This document shows, in pieces, positions 29,162 through 37,657 of a DNA stretch of 64,000 bases. The translations under genes were made by a program, and so were the position numbers. Below the pieces are notes generated by a model. The model searched no databases. It was given only the letters and a program-made list of their open reading frames with translations, and was not told where the DNA came from. The DNA comes from Candidatus Woesearchaeota archaeon. GTDB lineage: Archaea > Nanobdellota > Nanobdellia > Woesearchaeales > DSVV01. The DNA lies in assembly GCA_016192995.1 (NCBI GenBank), contig JACPTB010000006.1, positions 5,687-69,686 of the forward strand, in the 5' to 3' direction. Position 1 is the first letter of the stretch; each line of letters opens with the position of its first letter.

Positions 29162-29846
29162 TGAACGTAAAAATATAGTTCTTTTAGTTGACGAGTTATC
29201 TCAAATTTACAATAAGCATTTGTATGCTTATTGTAAATTTGAGATAATTATTGTTGATGATAATTCCCCTGATGGTACTGGTAAAGTCATTGATGATTTA
29301 GCAAAAAAATATCAGGGTAAAAAATACCGTGTTATTGCTCTTCATCGTCAAGGAAAGCTAGGATTAGGAACTGCAGTTGTTGCAGGTTTTAAACAAGCAA
29401 AAGGCTCAATAGTTGGTGTTATGGACGCAGATCTAAGCCATCCTCCTGAAATTATTCCCAATATGATTGAACCCATTCTAAAAGGCAAAGCAGAACTTAC
29501 GGTGGGAAGTAGGTACGTTCAAGGCGGCGGTGTAGAAGTCTGGCCTTGGCATAGAAAATTAATGAGCAGAATTGCAACATTGTTGGCAAGTCCTTTAACT
29601 AAAATCCATGATCCGATGTCTGGATTGTTTTTCATTAAAAAAGATCTTCTTAAAGGAATAGACTTAGGAACTGAAGGTTATAAGATAGGTTTAGAAATAT
29701 TTGTAAAAACAAATTATAAAACTTTTGAAGAAGTGCCCTATCTCTTCAGGAATCGAGAATTTGGTCAAAGTAAGTTAAATACTAAAGAAAATATGCGTTA
29801 TCTTCAGGAATTAGGCAGATTATATTGGTATAAACGGCTCCGGTGA
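29100..29846 (+). CDS. Dolichyl-phosphate hexose synthase-like GT2 (DPM1/AglD-like)
   Basis: Motifs seen: VSVVVPTYNERKNI, IIIVDDNSPDGTG and MDADLSHPP. The first plausible ATG overlaps the previous gene by 62 nt. The last three codons plus the stop lie in element H. Confidence 0.8.
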   Translation: MPKKQLKKENCTVSVVVPTYNERKNIVLLVDELSQIYNKHLYAYCKFEIIIVDDNSPDGTGKVIDDLAKKYQGKKYRVIALHRQGKLGLGTAVVAGFKQAKGSIVGVMDADLSHPPEIIPNMIEPILKGKAELTVGSRYVQGGGVEVWPWHRKLMSRIATLLASPLTKIHDPMSGLFFIKKDLLKGIDLGTEGYKIGLEIFVKTNYKTFEEVPYLFRNREFGQSKLNTKENMRYLQELGRLYWYKRLR

Positions 29847-29997
29847 AAATGTAGTTTTTGGCATCTCTTTGTGAGGTTCTTTAATTTCATAAGTGAGGAT
29901 TTTTCAGAGTGCCAGAGAGAAAAATCCAATAAAATAAATCCATCAAAAGCCGAACTGATGCCAAAACCGAGGCTATGCCGAGATTTTCACCAGAGCC
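29836..29997 (+). mobile_element. Palindromic MITE-like element, copy H (GGCTCCGGTGAAAAT termini)
   Basis: Same subfamily as E, with compensatory outer-stem changes. The loop is AGAGTGCCAGAGA. A direct repeat TATAAAC flanks it at 29829-29835 and 29998-30004. Confidence 0.85.
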
Positions 29998-30041
29998 TAT
30001 AAACTAAAAAGTATATAAATAAGTGATAATGAGACATATCT

Positions 30042-31505
30042 ATGGATGTTAAGAAGAACATGAAAGAATGGTTTGCTATAGACAAGCATACATTGCTATT
30101 TATCTTAATCCTGCTTCTTTTTATTGGCTCAAATGCTTATTTTCTTAACAATCAATTTGCTTACAATGAGAGAAAACATGCGCAAGTGGCATTAGATGTT
30201 TTTTCAGAAGATAAAACTCATATAAATTATTTTTATGAATCAAGCGCTTCTCCTCATACTAGTTTCATTCCTATTGCTTTCATCAAAGGAATATTCAAAA
30301 ATGATTTGGTAGTTGCCTCAAGAACCTATATATTTACTATAAGCATTTTATTTCTTATGATAGTGGTTCTTTTTGTGAGTAAAATACTTAACCCAAAAAC
30401 TGCCCTTCTTGCAATGCTCTTACTAGCTGTTCATCCGATGTTTATGGTTTATGGGAAGTATGTTGTTGCTGATGTTCCTTTTGTATTTTTTGCAACACTT
30501 GCGTTAGTACTTTTCTATCTCGGTCGTGAACAGCAAAAAGACAAGCTTGTTTGGAAATACGATATCTTCGGAGTGCTTTGTTTAGGAATTGCATTTCTTA
30601 TCAAGTACAATGCTATTATCCTTTATCCAATTATAGGCATATATCTTTTCATCCTTCTTAAATGTACCTGGTCAGATATAAGAACATGGAATAGAGAGAA
30701 ACTATATCCTCTGATAAAAATATCATTGTTTTATGGGTTAATCTCTGTTGCCATGGTGCTTCCCATGATAATCTGGATAAAAACAAAATATGGCAGTCTT
30801 ATTCCAGCAAAATGGCATGATTCATTATTTTATGAAGCATGGAAATATAGTATTCCCCAGTTTTCATCGTATTTGTTATGGTTGGGATTATTTGCTGGTG
30901 TAGTCTCATTATTTCTCTTGGTTGATCTTTATCACCGCATAGTCAAATTATCTTTTTTTAAGAGTGAGAAAAATAAGAAAAATCTTATCATTGCATTTAT
31001 TGGTCTGCTGGTATTGCATTCAGTATTATTTTACGTTGTCCACACACAATTAAATCCTCTTGGTATCCGGGGGGAAATGAATCTTGGTTGGCTTGAGAAA
31101 TATATCCCTGTAACTTATTTGACCATAGGATTTTATTTCATTCTTTTATTAGGGGAATTGTTATTTATTAATTTCCTTATGATAATAGTCCATGAGAAAA
31201 ATAACTTTAATAGATTTCTCTCGTTATGGATCGTGGTGTCCATGGTTGTTATGTCATTTACAAGACCAGCAAATCGTTATATGATGATTATCTTTTTTCC
31301 CTTAGTAACCTATACAGCTCAGGTTGTTAATCGTTATTACCAAAAAAAATACAATGCCATCATCAATAAAAAGGTAGTTATAACCCTCGTTGTCCTGCAC
31401 GTCATCATATTTCTTGCTCTTGGGGTGTTATCAAATATCTACCTGAGAAAATTAGGGATAGAAATGCTGCCTAAAGTAACAGTTTCTTTGGATGCTTTAA
31501 GTTAA
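30042..31505 (+). CDS. GT-C-like multi-TM glycosyltransferase (ArnT/GT39-like)
   Basis: 487 aa with about 12 TM segments. It is flanked by two dolichyl-phosphate sugar synthase-like genes. Confidence 0.5.
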   Translation: MDVKKNMKEWFAIDKHTLLFILILLLFIGSNAYFLNNQFAYNERKHAQVALDVFSEDKTHINYFYESSASPHTSFIPIAFIKGIFKNDLVVASRTYIFTISILFLMIVVLFVSKILNPKTALLAMLLLAVHPMFMVYGKYVVADVPFVFFATLALVLFYLGREQQKDKLVWKYDIFGVLCLGIAFLIKYNAIILYPIIGIYLFILLKCTWSDIRTWNREKLYPLIKISLFYGLISVAMVLPMIIWIKTKYGSLIPAKWHDSLFYEAWKYSIPQFSSYLLWLGLFAGVVSLFLLVDLYHRIVKLSFFKSEKNKKNLIIAFIGLLVLHSVLFYVVHTQLNPLGIRGEMNLGWLEKYIPVTYLTIGFYFILLLGELLFINFLMIIVHEKNNFNRFLSLWIVVSMVVMSFTRPANRYMMIIFFPLVTYTAQVVNRYYQKKYNAIINKKVVITLVVLHVIIFLALGVLSNIYLRKLGIEMLPKVTVSLDALS

Positions 31506-31522
31506 ATTATTTATTTAATAAT

Positions 31523-32866
31523 TTATTTTCTAGAATTAATCATCTTAATAATAAATGCCATGCCTCTCCAATAGTGGATAAAGCGTTTAATAGTAAAATA
31601 TTTTTTAAATAACTGAACCCATTTCTGAGGTGTCATAACATGAACATGTGTTTCATGCCATTGTCCTCCAAAGGTTCTCTCCCAAAACCACCAGAATGTT
31701 TTCTGAAACCAGGAATCAGTTGGCGATGACATAATAAAAATACCGTTTTTTTTCAAACACCGTTTTACTTCAGAGATTGCTTTTTCAGGTTCATCAATAT
31801 GCTCGAAAATTTCCATGGCAACAATGACGTCAAAGTGATTATCTTTGAAAGGCATCTGATAAATGCTTCCTTGGTTAAAGGGAAAATCAATAGTCATGTC
31901 AGTTCGGATATCTAATCCTTGCGCATGAAATCCTTTTTTTGTAATAAACTTAACAAAACTGCCGTCTTCCATGCTGTCGCAGGGTCTTCCGCAGCCAATA
32001 TCCAATAAAACAGGGTGATTATGTTCTTTGCTTTCTTTAATAAGATTATAAACAATTCCATAACGAGTATAATGGACATGTTCTCTCACTTTGTCAACAA
32101 AAGAAATAAAACGCAGTTTAAGAATGGTTAAAGGATAATTTACAATCACAGCCCAGGTTCCTTTAGATTCACCATAAACTCTATTTCTAAAAACAATAGG
32201 AATTTCCTTTATGCGTAATTTTCGTTGTCGTGCTCTAAATAATAACTCTGCGCCAATCGAATATTCTTTTGAAATAAGATAATTAAGATTTATTTTTTGA
32301 AGAGCAGATCTACGATAACACTTAAATCCTCCTGTATTATCCTTAACAGGAAGTCCTAAAAGAATTCGATTATAGATATTTGCGACAGAGCTGATAAAGC
32401 GATGAAACATAGTGCATCGCAGTTGTTTGCCGCCAGGAACATTTCTGCTTCCAACAACAATATCGCAGTTTTTTATAGCTTCAAGCATACGAGGAATATC
32501 TTTTGGATCATGGGAGAAATCAGCATCCATCTCAATAATACAATCAACATCCTGTTTAAGGCAAAATTTAAAGCCGTCAATCCCTGCAGAACCTCTTCCT
32601 CGTTTTTTCCGGTGAATAACAAAAATTCTTCCGGTATGTTTTTTTGCTAAGTCATCTGCAAGTTGCCCGGTGCCATCAGGACTGGAATCATCTACTATCA
32701 CAATACCAAGGTGTTCATTCTGAGCAAGAATTTGAGGAACAATGTTCTCTATATTTTCGCGTTCATTATAGGTTGGCAGCATGACTAAGGTTCTTGCAGA
32801 AAAAACTGTTTGTTGTTTTCTTTTGGTAGAAATTATATCTTTAGTTTTTTTTACCGTTGTTGCCAT
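31523..32866 (-). CDS. Fusion of a DPM1-like GT2 and a class I SAM-dependent methyltransferase
   Basis: N-terminal half: VMLPTYNERENI, VIVDDSSPDGTG and MDADFSHDP. C-terminal half: VLLDIGCGRP and FDVIVAMEIFEHIDEPEKAI..LKKNGIFIM. Confidence 0.75.
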   Translation of the reverse strand: MATTVKKTKDIISTKRKQQTVFSARTLVMLPTYNERENIENIVPQILAQNEHLGIVIVDDSSPDGTGQLADDLAKKHTGRIFVIHRKKRGRGSAGIDGFKFCLKQDVDCIIEMDADFSHDPKDIPRMLEAIKNCDIVVGSRNVPGGKQLRCTMFHRFISSVANIYNRILLGLPVKDNTGGFKCYRRSALQKINLNYLISKEYSIGAELLFRARQRKLRIKEIPIVFRNRVYGESKGTWAVIVNYPLTILKLRFISFVDKVREHVHYTRYGIVYNLIKESKEHNHPVLLDIGCGRPCDSMEDGSFVKFITKKGFHAQGLDIRTDMTIDFPFNQGSIYQMPFKDNHFDVIVAMEIFEHIDEPEKAISEVKRCLKKNGIFIMSSPTDSWFQKTFWWFWERTFGGQWHETHVHVMTPQKWVQLFKKYFTIKRFIHYWRGMAFIIKMINSRK

Positions 32867-32889
32867 CTATTTTTGGCAAAGGGGTATCA

Positions 32890-32947
32890 TTTATAAATCT
32901 TGTTTCGGTATGGGCTTCACAGCCCATACTAGAACAAGATTTATAAA
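32890..32947. promoter_or_regulatory. 58-nt near-perfect palindrome whose two ends are TTTATAAA boxes of a divergent gene pair
   Basis: Sequence is TTTATAAATCTTGTTTCGGTATGGGCT-TCAC-AGCCCATACTAGAACAAGATTTATAAA, with 2 mismatches. The boxes lie 24-31 nt from the ATG at 32866 (minus strand) and 42-49 nt from the ATG at 32989. Confidence 0.55.
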
Positions 32948-32988
32948 ATAACTACTTATTCTAAGTAACGGGTGAGGTAGCGATAATC

Positions 32989-34053
32989 ATGAGCAATATA
33001 TTTACTAAAATCATACGTTCACGAGCGCCAGTCCGGCTGAGTTTTGGCGGTGGCGGAACAGATTTATCTCCATACACTGAAGAAAAAGGCGGAGCTGTCA
33101 TTAGTACAACGATCAATAAATATGTCTATGGCACGTTGATTCCTAAACAAGATAAATCAATTAAAATAATCTCAACAGACTATAAAAAAACATATACTTT
33201 TGCAGATATTAACAACATTGAATATAATGGTGATTTGGATTTAATTAAGGCAGTGATCAAATTAATGAAGCCTGATTTTGGTTTTGAGCTTTTTTTAAGA
33301 TCTGACGTTCCGCCAAATACAGGGCTTGGTTCATCAGGAAGCGTTGCAGTAGCAATGATTGGGTTGTTTAATCATCTCAGAACAAAGGATAAATTAAATA
33401 GTTATGAAATTGCTGAATTAGCATTTAAAGTTGAAAACGAAGAAATAAAAAACAAAGGCGGCAGGCAGGATCAATATGCTGCAGCATTTGGCGGGTTTAA
33501 CTTTATAGAATTTAAAGGCAATAATTTTGTCAGAGTTTCACCAGTTAAAATTCCTCATCATTCATTGCTTGAATTGGAAAAACATATCGTGCTTGCTTTC
33601 GTAGGAAAAAGGCTGGCATCAGGTGGTATGCAGGAATTACTGATGAAAGAACAGCAATCGCATTTAAAAGAAGAAAAACAGCGTCATCTTGATGCGATTA
33701 AACAGGCAGCGTATGATATGTATCATGCATTAATGTCAGGAAAATTAGATGAGTTTGGAAGATTGCTAGCTAAAGGTTGGGAAGAAAAAAAACTGCTCAC
33801 TCCTCAAGCCACAAATTCGCATATTGATGAATTATATGACGTAGGAATCAAACATGGCGCTTTAGGCGCAAAAATCACTGGTGCAGGTTCAGGCGGTTGC
33901 ATGATGTTTTACTGCAAATCAAACACTGAACAGATTGTAGCAAATAAATTAGAAGAAGCAGGTGCAAAAGTCGTTGATTTCAGCTTTGAAACTTCAGGTT
34001 TGCAAACATGGGAATTAAATCGTGAAGATAGGGAAATTACTGAATATGGTTAG
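32989..34053 (+). CDS. hddA: D-glycero-alpha-D-manno-heptose 7-phosphate kinase (GHMP family)
   Basis: 354 aa. Motifs seen: RAPVRLSFGGGGTDLSPY, PPNTGLGSSGS and GAGSGGCMMF. It sits in a heptose operon. Confidence 0.8.
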   Translation: MSNIFTKIIRSRAPVRLSFGGGGTDLSPYTEEKGGAVISTTINKYVYGTLIPKQDKSIKIISTDYKKTYTFADINNIEYNGDLDLIKAVIKLMKPDFGFELFLRSDVPPNTGLGSSGSVAVAMIGLFNHLRTKDKLNSYEIAELAFKVENEEIKNKGGRQDQYAAAFGGFNFIEFKGNNFVRVSPVKIPHHSLLELEKHIVLAFVGKRLASGGMQELLMKEQQSHLKEEKQRHLDAIKQAAYDMYHALMSGKLDEFGRLLAKGWEEKKLLTPQATNSHIDELYDVGIKHGALGAKITGAGSGGCMMFYCKSNTEQIVANKLEEAGAKVVDFSFETSGLQTWELNREDREITEYG

Positions 34054-34057
34054 GTTA

Positions 34058-34108
34058 TAGGCTCTGCTCCGAATGTATTGCGTAGCAATACATTCGGAGC
34101 AGAGCCTA
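34058..34108. repeat. 51-nt perfect hairpin resembling the bare termini of the GGCTCTG-type element
   Basis: Sequence is TAGGCTCTGCTCCGAATGTATTGC-GTA-GCAATACATTCGGAGCAGAGCCTA. Compare the copy J terminus GGCTCTGTCCCGAATG. Confidence 0.7.
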
Positions 34109-34150
34109 ATTATAATAAACTTTAATAATAACACAGAAAACATACTCACT

Positions 34151-34777
34151 ATGGACTCATCAAAAATGCAATCAATTATTGGAGAGCGAATTAAGCAGAG
34201 TATTGCTGTCAAACAAGCAGTTTTAGATAAACTTGTTCCTCAGATTGAGCAGCTTACAACGAAAGTTATAGAGAGTTATAAAAAAGGTGGCAAATTAATT
34301 TTATTTGGCAATGGCGGCAGTGCATCAGATGCTCAGCACATTGTTGCAGAACTTGTCAATAAGCAATATTTTGACCGGCCAATGCTGGATGCGATAGCAT
34401 TAAATGTTAATACTTCAGTTATCACTGCCATTGGCAATGACAGCAGTTATGATTATGTTTTTTCCCGGCAGATCGAATCATTAGTGAAACCAAATGATGT
34501 ACTGATCGCAATTACTACTTCAGGTAATTCCATTAATATTATTAACGCTGTCAAAAAAGCATGCGAGAAAGGGATTTACACCGTGTTGTGGACAGGATTA
34601 ACTGGTGGAAAGCTTGTTGCAGAGCATAAAGATAAACTAAATCTGATTATTAATGTTCCCTCTCAAGACACTGCTCGTATACAGGAAAGCCATATTATGG
34701 TTGGTCATATCATGTGCGAATTAATTGAAAAAGAATTGTTTAAAGAATATATCGGTAGTGACTATAAGGTCACTTGA
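34151..34777 (+). CDS. gmhA: Phosphoheptose (sedoheptulose-7-phosphate) isomerase, SIS domain
   Basis: Motifs seen: GNGGSASDAQHIVAELV and ITTSGNS. The start is taken at MDSSKMQ. The track start at 34073 lies inside the hairpin. Confidence 0.85.
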   Translation: MDSSKMQSIIGERIKQSIAVKQAVLDKLVPQIEQLTTKVIESYKKGGKLILFGNGGSASDAQHIVAELVNKQYFDRPMLDAIALNVNTSVITAIGNDSSYDYVFSRQIESLVKPNDVLIAITTSGNSINIINAVKKACEKGIYTVLWTGLTGGKLVAEHKDKLNLIINVPSQDTARIQESHIMVGHIMCELIEKELFKEYIGSDYKVT

Positions 34778-34787
34778 GGGTACTATT

Positions 34788-35726
34788 ATGTCTAATACAG
34801 TTTACTTAACAGCGAGTACTAATGCGATTGATGCTTTTCTTTACCGAAAAAGCGATGGTATTGAAGCTAAAATCAGCAGAGGTGGAATTGACCGTAGGAA
34901 TGTTGTTGTTATTGGTGATGGTGATAATGACTTAGATATGTTTGTCATACCTCAAGTTTTTTCACGTGGGTGTCCTAGAAATGCTTTGGATTCAGTAAAA
35001 GAGGTTGTTCGTCAGCTTGGAGGACATGTGTCTCAATATCCTGTAATGGATGGTTTTTTTGATATTGTTGCTGATGTAAAAATGCACGCACAGCAACAAG
35101 GATATAATTCACGCGATCTTGTTGTGTTTACTGATAGAGATGGGGTTCTAACAGCAAAAAGAAATTATAGTGAAGGTGATAGATTTGCAGATTTTATTAA
35201 GGGTAGTGGCATAGATCAACCAAGAACGTATATACTAACGGGATCTTCAGTAGCGCAAAATAAAGACTCTGGTTTTATGGCAGCATATGGTTTAACACCT
35301 GAGAATTTGCGTGATAACTATTTTATTCAACAAGATCCTTATCTAATTGGTTGTGAGAATGGCACGCTTTGGATAAATGTTCTTGACGACAACGATGTAA
35401 GAAGTGTTGTTGATAAATTACATCCTGATACTTTAAGAAAGTTAATGCAAGATTTTAAAGAAGAAGTATTAGATAAATTACAAAAACAAGTATTGCCGGT
35501 GATGGATTTAACTTTTATTGAAAAATATGGATCACGGAGAAATCCTCGAGGTGTTTATTGTTCACCAAAGCAGTCAATGGTGACATTAAATATTCCACAT
35601 GCTATAAGGGGAACAGATCAAGAAAAAGAGTATGTATCGAGAGTATTAGACGTTATGCAGGAAGTTGCGAAACAAGTAGGTTTACAAGTAGATTTATTAG
35701 CATCCACGGTTAAACAATATTCATAA
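34788..35726 (+). CDS. HAD-IIB (Cof)-like protein with motifs in permuted order
   Basis: VVVIGDGDNDLDMF and the NA..K..DG tail (C-terminal-type HAD motifs) come first. FTDRDGVLT (motif I), YILTGSS (motif II) and a cap-like region follow. GAGGG lies before the ATG. Confidence 0.45.
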   Translation: MSNTVYLTASTNAIDAFLYRKSDGIEAKISRGGIDRRNVVVIGDGDNDLDMFVIPQVFSRGCPRNALDSVKEVVRQLGGHVSQYPVMDGFFDIVADVKMHAQQQGYNSRDLVVFTDRDGVLTAKRNYSEGDRFADFIKGSGIDQPRTYILTGSSVAQNKDSGFMAAYGLTPENLRDNYFIQQDPYLIGCENGTLWINVLDDNDVRSVVDKLHPDTLRKLMQDFKEEVLDKLQKQVLPVMDLTFIEKYGSRRNPRGVYCSPKQSMVTLNIPHAIRGTDQEKEYVSRVLDVMQEVAKQVGLQVDLLASTVKQYS

Positions 35727-35752
35727 ACTTAATTACAGCAGAGGTAAAGATT

Positions 35753-36502
35753 ATGCAACTCTTAATCAACACTGGCGGCAAAGGAACACGATTATATCCA
35801 TTGACTATTGATCTGCCAAAACCAATGCTGCCGATTGAAGGCAAACCAGTCCTCGAGCATTTAGTAGCATGGGCAAAAAAATATGGGGTAACAGAGATTG
35901 TTATGCTGAATGGTTTTAAACATGAAATGATTGAAGAGTATTTTGGCGATGGACAAAAATTTGGGATAAAAATCAAGCATTCCAATGAACCAAAACCTCT
36001 TGGCAGCGGTGGGCCATTAAAATATGCGTATGATCAGGGATTAATCAGCAAAAAAGAACCAGTTATTTTTATTTCAGGCGATGTTATTTGCCATGTTAAT
36101 TTAACGAAGATGATGGAGTTTCATAAAAAGCATCATGCAGTTCTCACTATTCTTATCCATAAATCTGATCATCCTGAAGACAGCGATTTAATTCAAATAG
36201 ATCAAAATGCACGAGTTACCAGTATGATTAAAAAAGGAACTTTGCAGCCAAATCAGAAATTCCAAAATCTAACCAATGCAGGTTTAACGATACTTGAACC
36301 AAAAGTATTTGAATATTTGACTGATGAAGTATTCACGTATGAACATTATGTCTATCCTAAATTAATCAAGGCAGGAGAATCAGTATATGGTTATGATACT
36401 GATGAATATATCAAAGACATGGGAACTCCGCAACGTTTGGAAAAGGTAACCAAATACTTGCAGGAATTACAGGATAAAGAAATGGAGAGAGAAGAGAAAT
36501 AA
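35753..36502 (+). CDS. hddC: D-glycero-alpha-D-manno-heptose 1-phosphate guanylyltransferase (sugar nucleotidyltransferase)
   Basis: 249 aa. Motif seen: LINTGGKGTRLYPLTIDLPKPMLPIEGKPVLEHLV. Confidence 0.8.
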   Translation: MQLLINTGGKGTRLYPLTIDLPKPMLPIEGKPVLEHLVAWAKKYGVTEIVMLNGFKHEMIEEYFGDGQKFGIKIKHSNEPKPLGSGGPLKYAYDQGLISKKEPVIFISGDVICHVNLTKMMEFHKKHHAVLTILIHKSDHPEDSDLIQIDQNARVTSMIKKGTLQPNQKFQNLTNAGLTILEPKVFEYLTDEVFTYEHYVYPKLIKAGESVYGYDTDEYIKDMGTPQRLEKVTKYLQELQDKEMEREEK

Positions 36503-36643
36503 GTAATATATTGTTCACACGATCATTAATAGTAAAGAAAAAATGAGAATAAATATAAACGAGAAACATACTCTCTTCCTGTATACATTTAGTTGTATAG
36601 ATTTACAAAATTATATCACATAAAAATACAATAGGTGGTAGTA

Positions 36644-37621
36644 ATGTCTGAAGAAAATAAAACAGTTTTACAAATACAAAACACACAATCCGCATTAGAT
36701 GTTGTATTTCAAGGAGTTACCATTGACAGGCAAGTCCCAGATCATATAATTACAACAGGAGTTACGCTTGATCAAGTGCTACTCATAGATAAAACAGCAG
36801 GTGCATTAACTGAAAGAATTCTTCGTGAAGGAGGATATGTTGCATTTCCAAGCCACGCAGCAACAACTGTATCAAATGAGCTTCTTCAACAGTATGGAGA
36901 TAGAATCATGCTAAGCGAACATCCCTATGCTAAGGGAACTCGTCAAATTTTAGAAACTCATCCTGAAATTAAAAGTGGAAGAATACAAAGAGTTCTGCTT
37001 CACACCGGAGCAGCATACGAAAGAGGAAATATGGCAGACCAAGATATAGATATTCGAGGAATAGCTATCTTTGTTTCTAATGAAGATCTTCCTGATCAAC
37101 CATATGTTAGAATGGTAACGGGTAGGTCAGCTGATCAGATGCTGGTTAGACCTTATGCAGCTGCAGAAGAGGATCCAGCAGATAGACTTGATCAAGGAAT
37201 GCTTAGTTCTTTTGGAATGCTTCTGTATACAAATAAGGAAGGACAACAACTGCCAAATTATCTTGAAGACGGCGCTGTCCTTCTTAGGAAAGCAAAAGAA
37301 GGAAGAGATAATTCTGAAGTAGAAACTGAATTAAATCTACTTCAAGGTGTTGATGGACAAGTAATGACCGGGTTAATTCAAAGATTAAATTCGATGCTTA
37401 CTGGATTGAATGAACAATATGCAGCATTTACTGACAATGGCAAAGATCCATTTTATATTCCAGTAGGAAAACAAACACGATTTACGTTGAATTTACCTAA
37501 AGCACTTCGTAATGATCCTAAAAGAGCTGAAGTTGAAGCAGAAATTATTAAGCATATTACAAAATATGCAACTAATCAAGGAGCTGCAGTAACTGACAAG
37601 AGAACATATCAAGTAAGATAA
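36644..37621 (+). CDS. Hypothetical protein, degenerate paralogue of the 34788 HAD-like protein
   Basis: Aligned segments are AIFVSNEDLP..DQPYVRMVTGRS versus VVFTDRDGVL..DQPRTYILTGSS, and KQTRFTLNLPKALR versus KQSMVTLNIPHAIR. The nucleophile Asp position reads Ser. Confidence 0.4.
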   Translation: MSEENKTVLQIQNTQSALDVVFQGVTIDRQVPDHIITTGVTLDQVLLIDKTAGALTERILREGGYVAFPSHAATTVSNELLQQYGDRIMLSEHPYAKGTRQILETHPEIKSGRIQRVLLHTGAAYERGNMADQDIDIRGIAIFVSNEDLPDQPYVRMVTGRSADQMLVRPYAAAEEDPADRLDQGMLSSFGMLLYTNKEGQQLPNYLEDGAVLLRKAKEGRDNSEVETELNLLQGVDGQVMTGLIQRLNSMLTGLNEQYAAFTDNGKDPFYIPVGKQTRFTLNLPKALRNDPKRAEVEAEIIKHITKYATNQGAAVTDKRTYQVR

Positions 37622-37657
37622 ATAAATCAATTAATAAAGTAATTCAACTACATTATC

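Noticed and set aside
3074-29997. The elements as integron attC sites bounding gene cassettes
   Set aside because: The idea is attractive because structure is conserved more than sequence and the elements sit at gene 3' ends. Several facts argue against it. The cores do not fit RYYYAAC / GTTRRRY. The flanking genes point both ways. No integrase is present. Five copies have target-site duplications, which indicates transposition rather than site-specific cassette capture.
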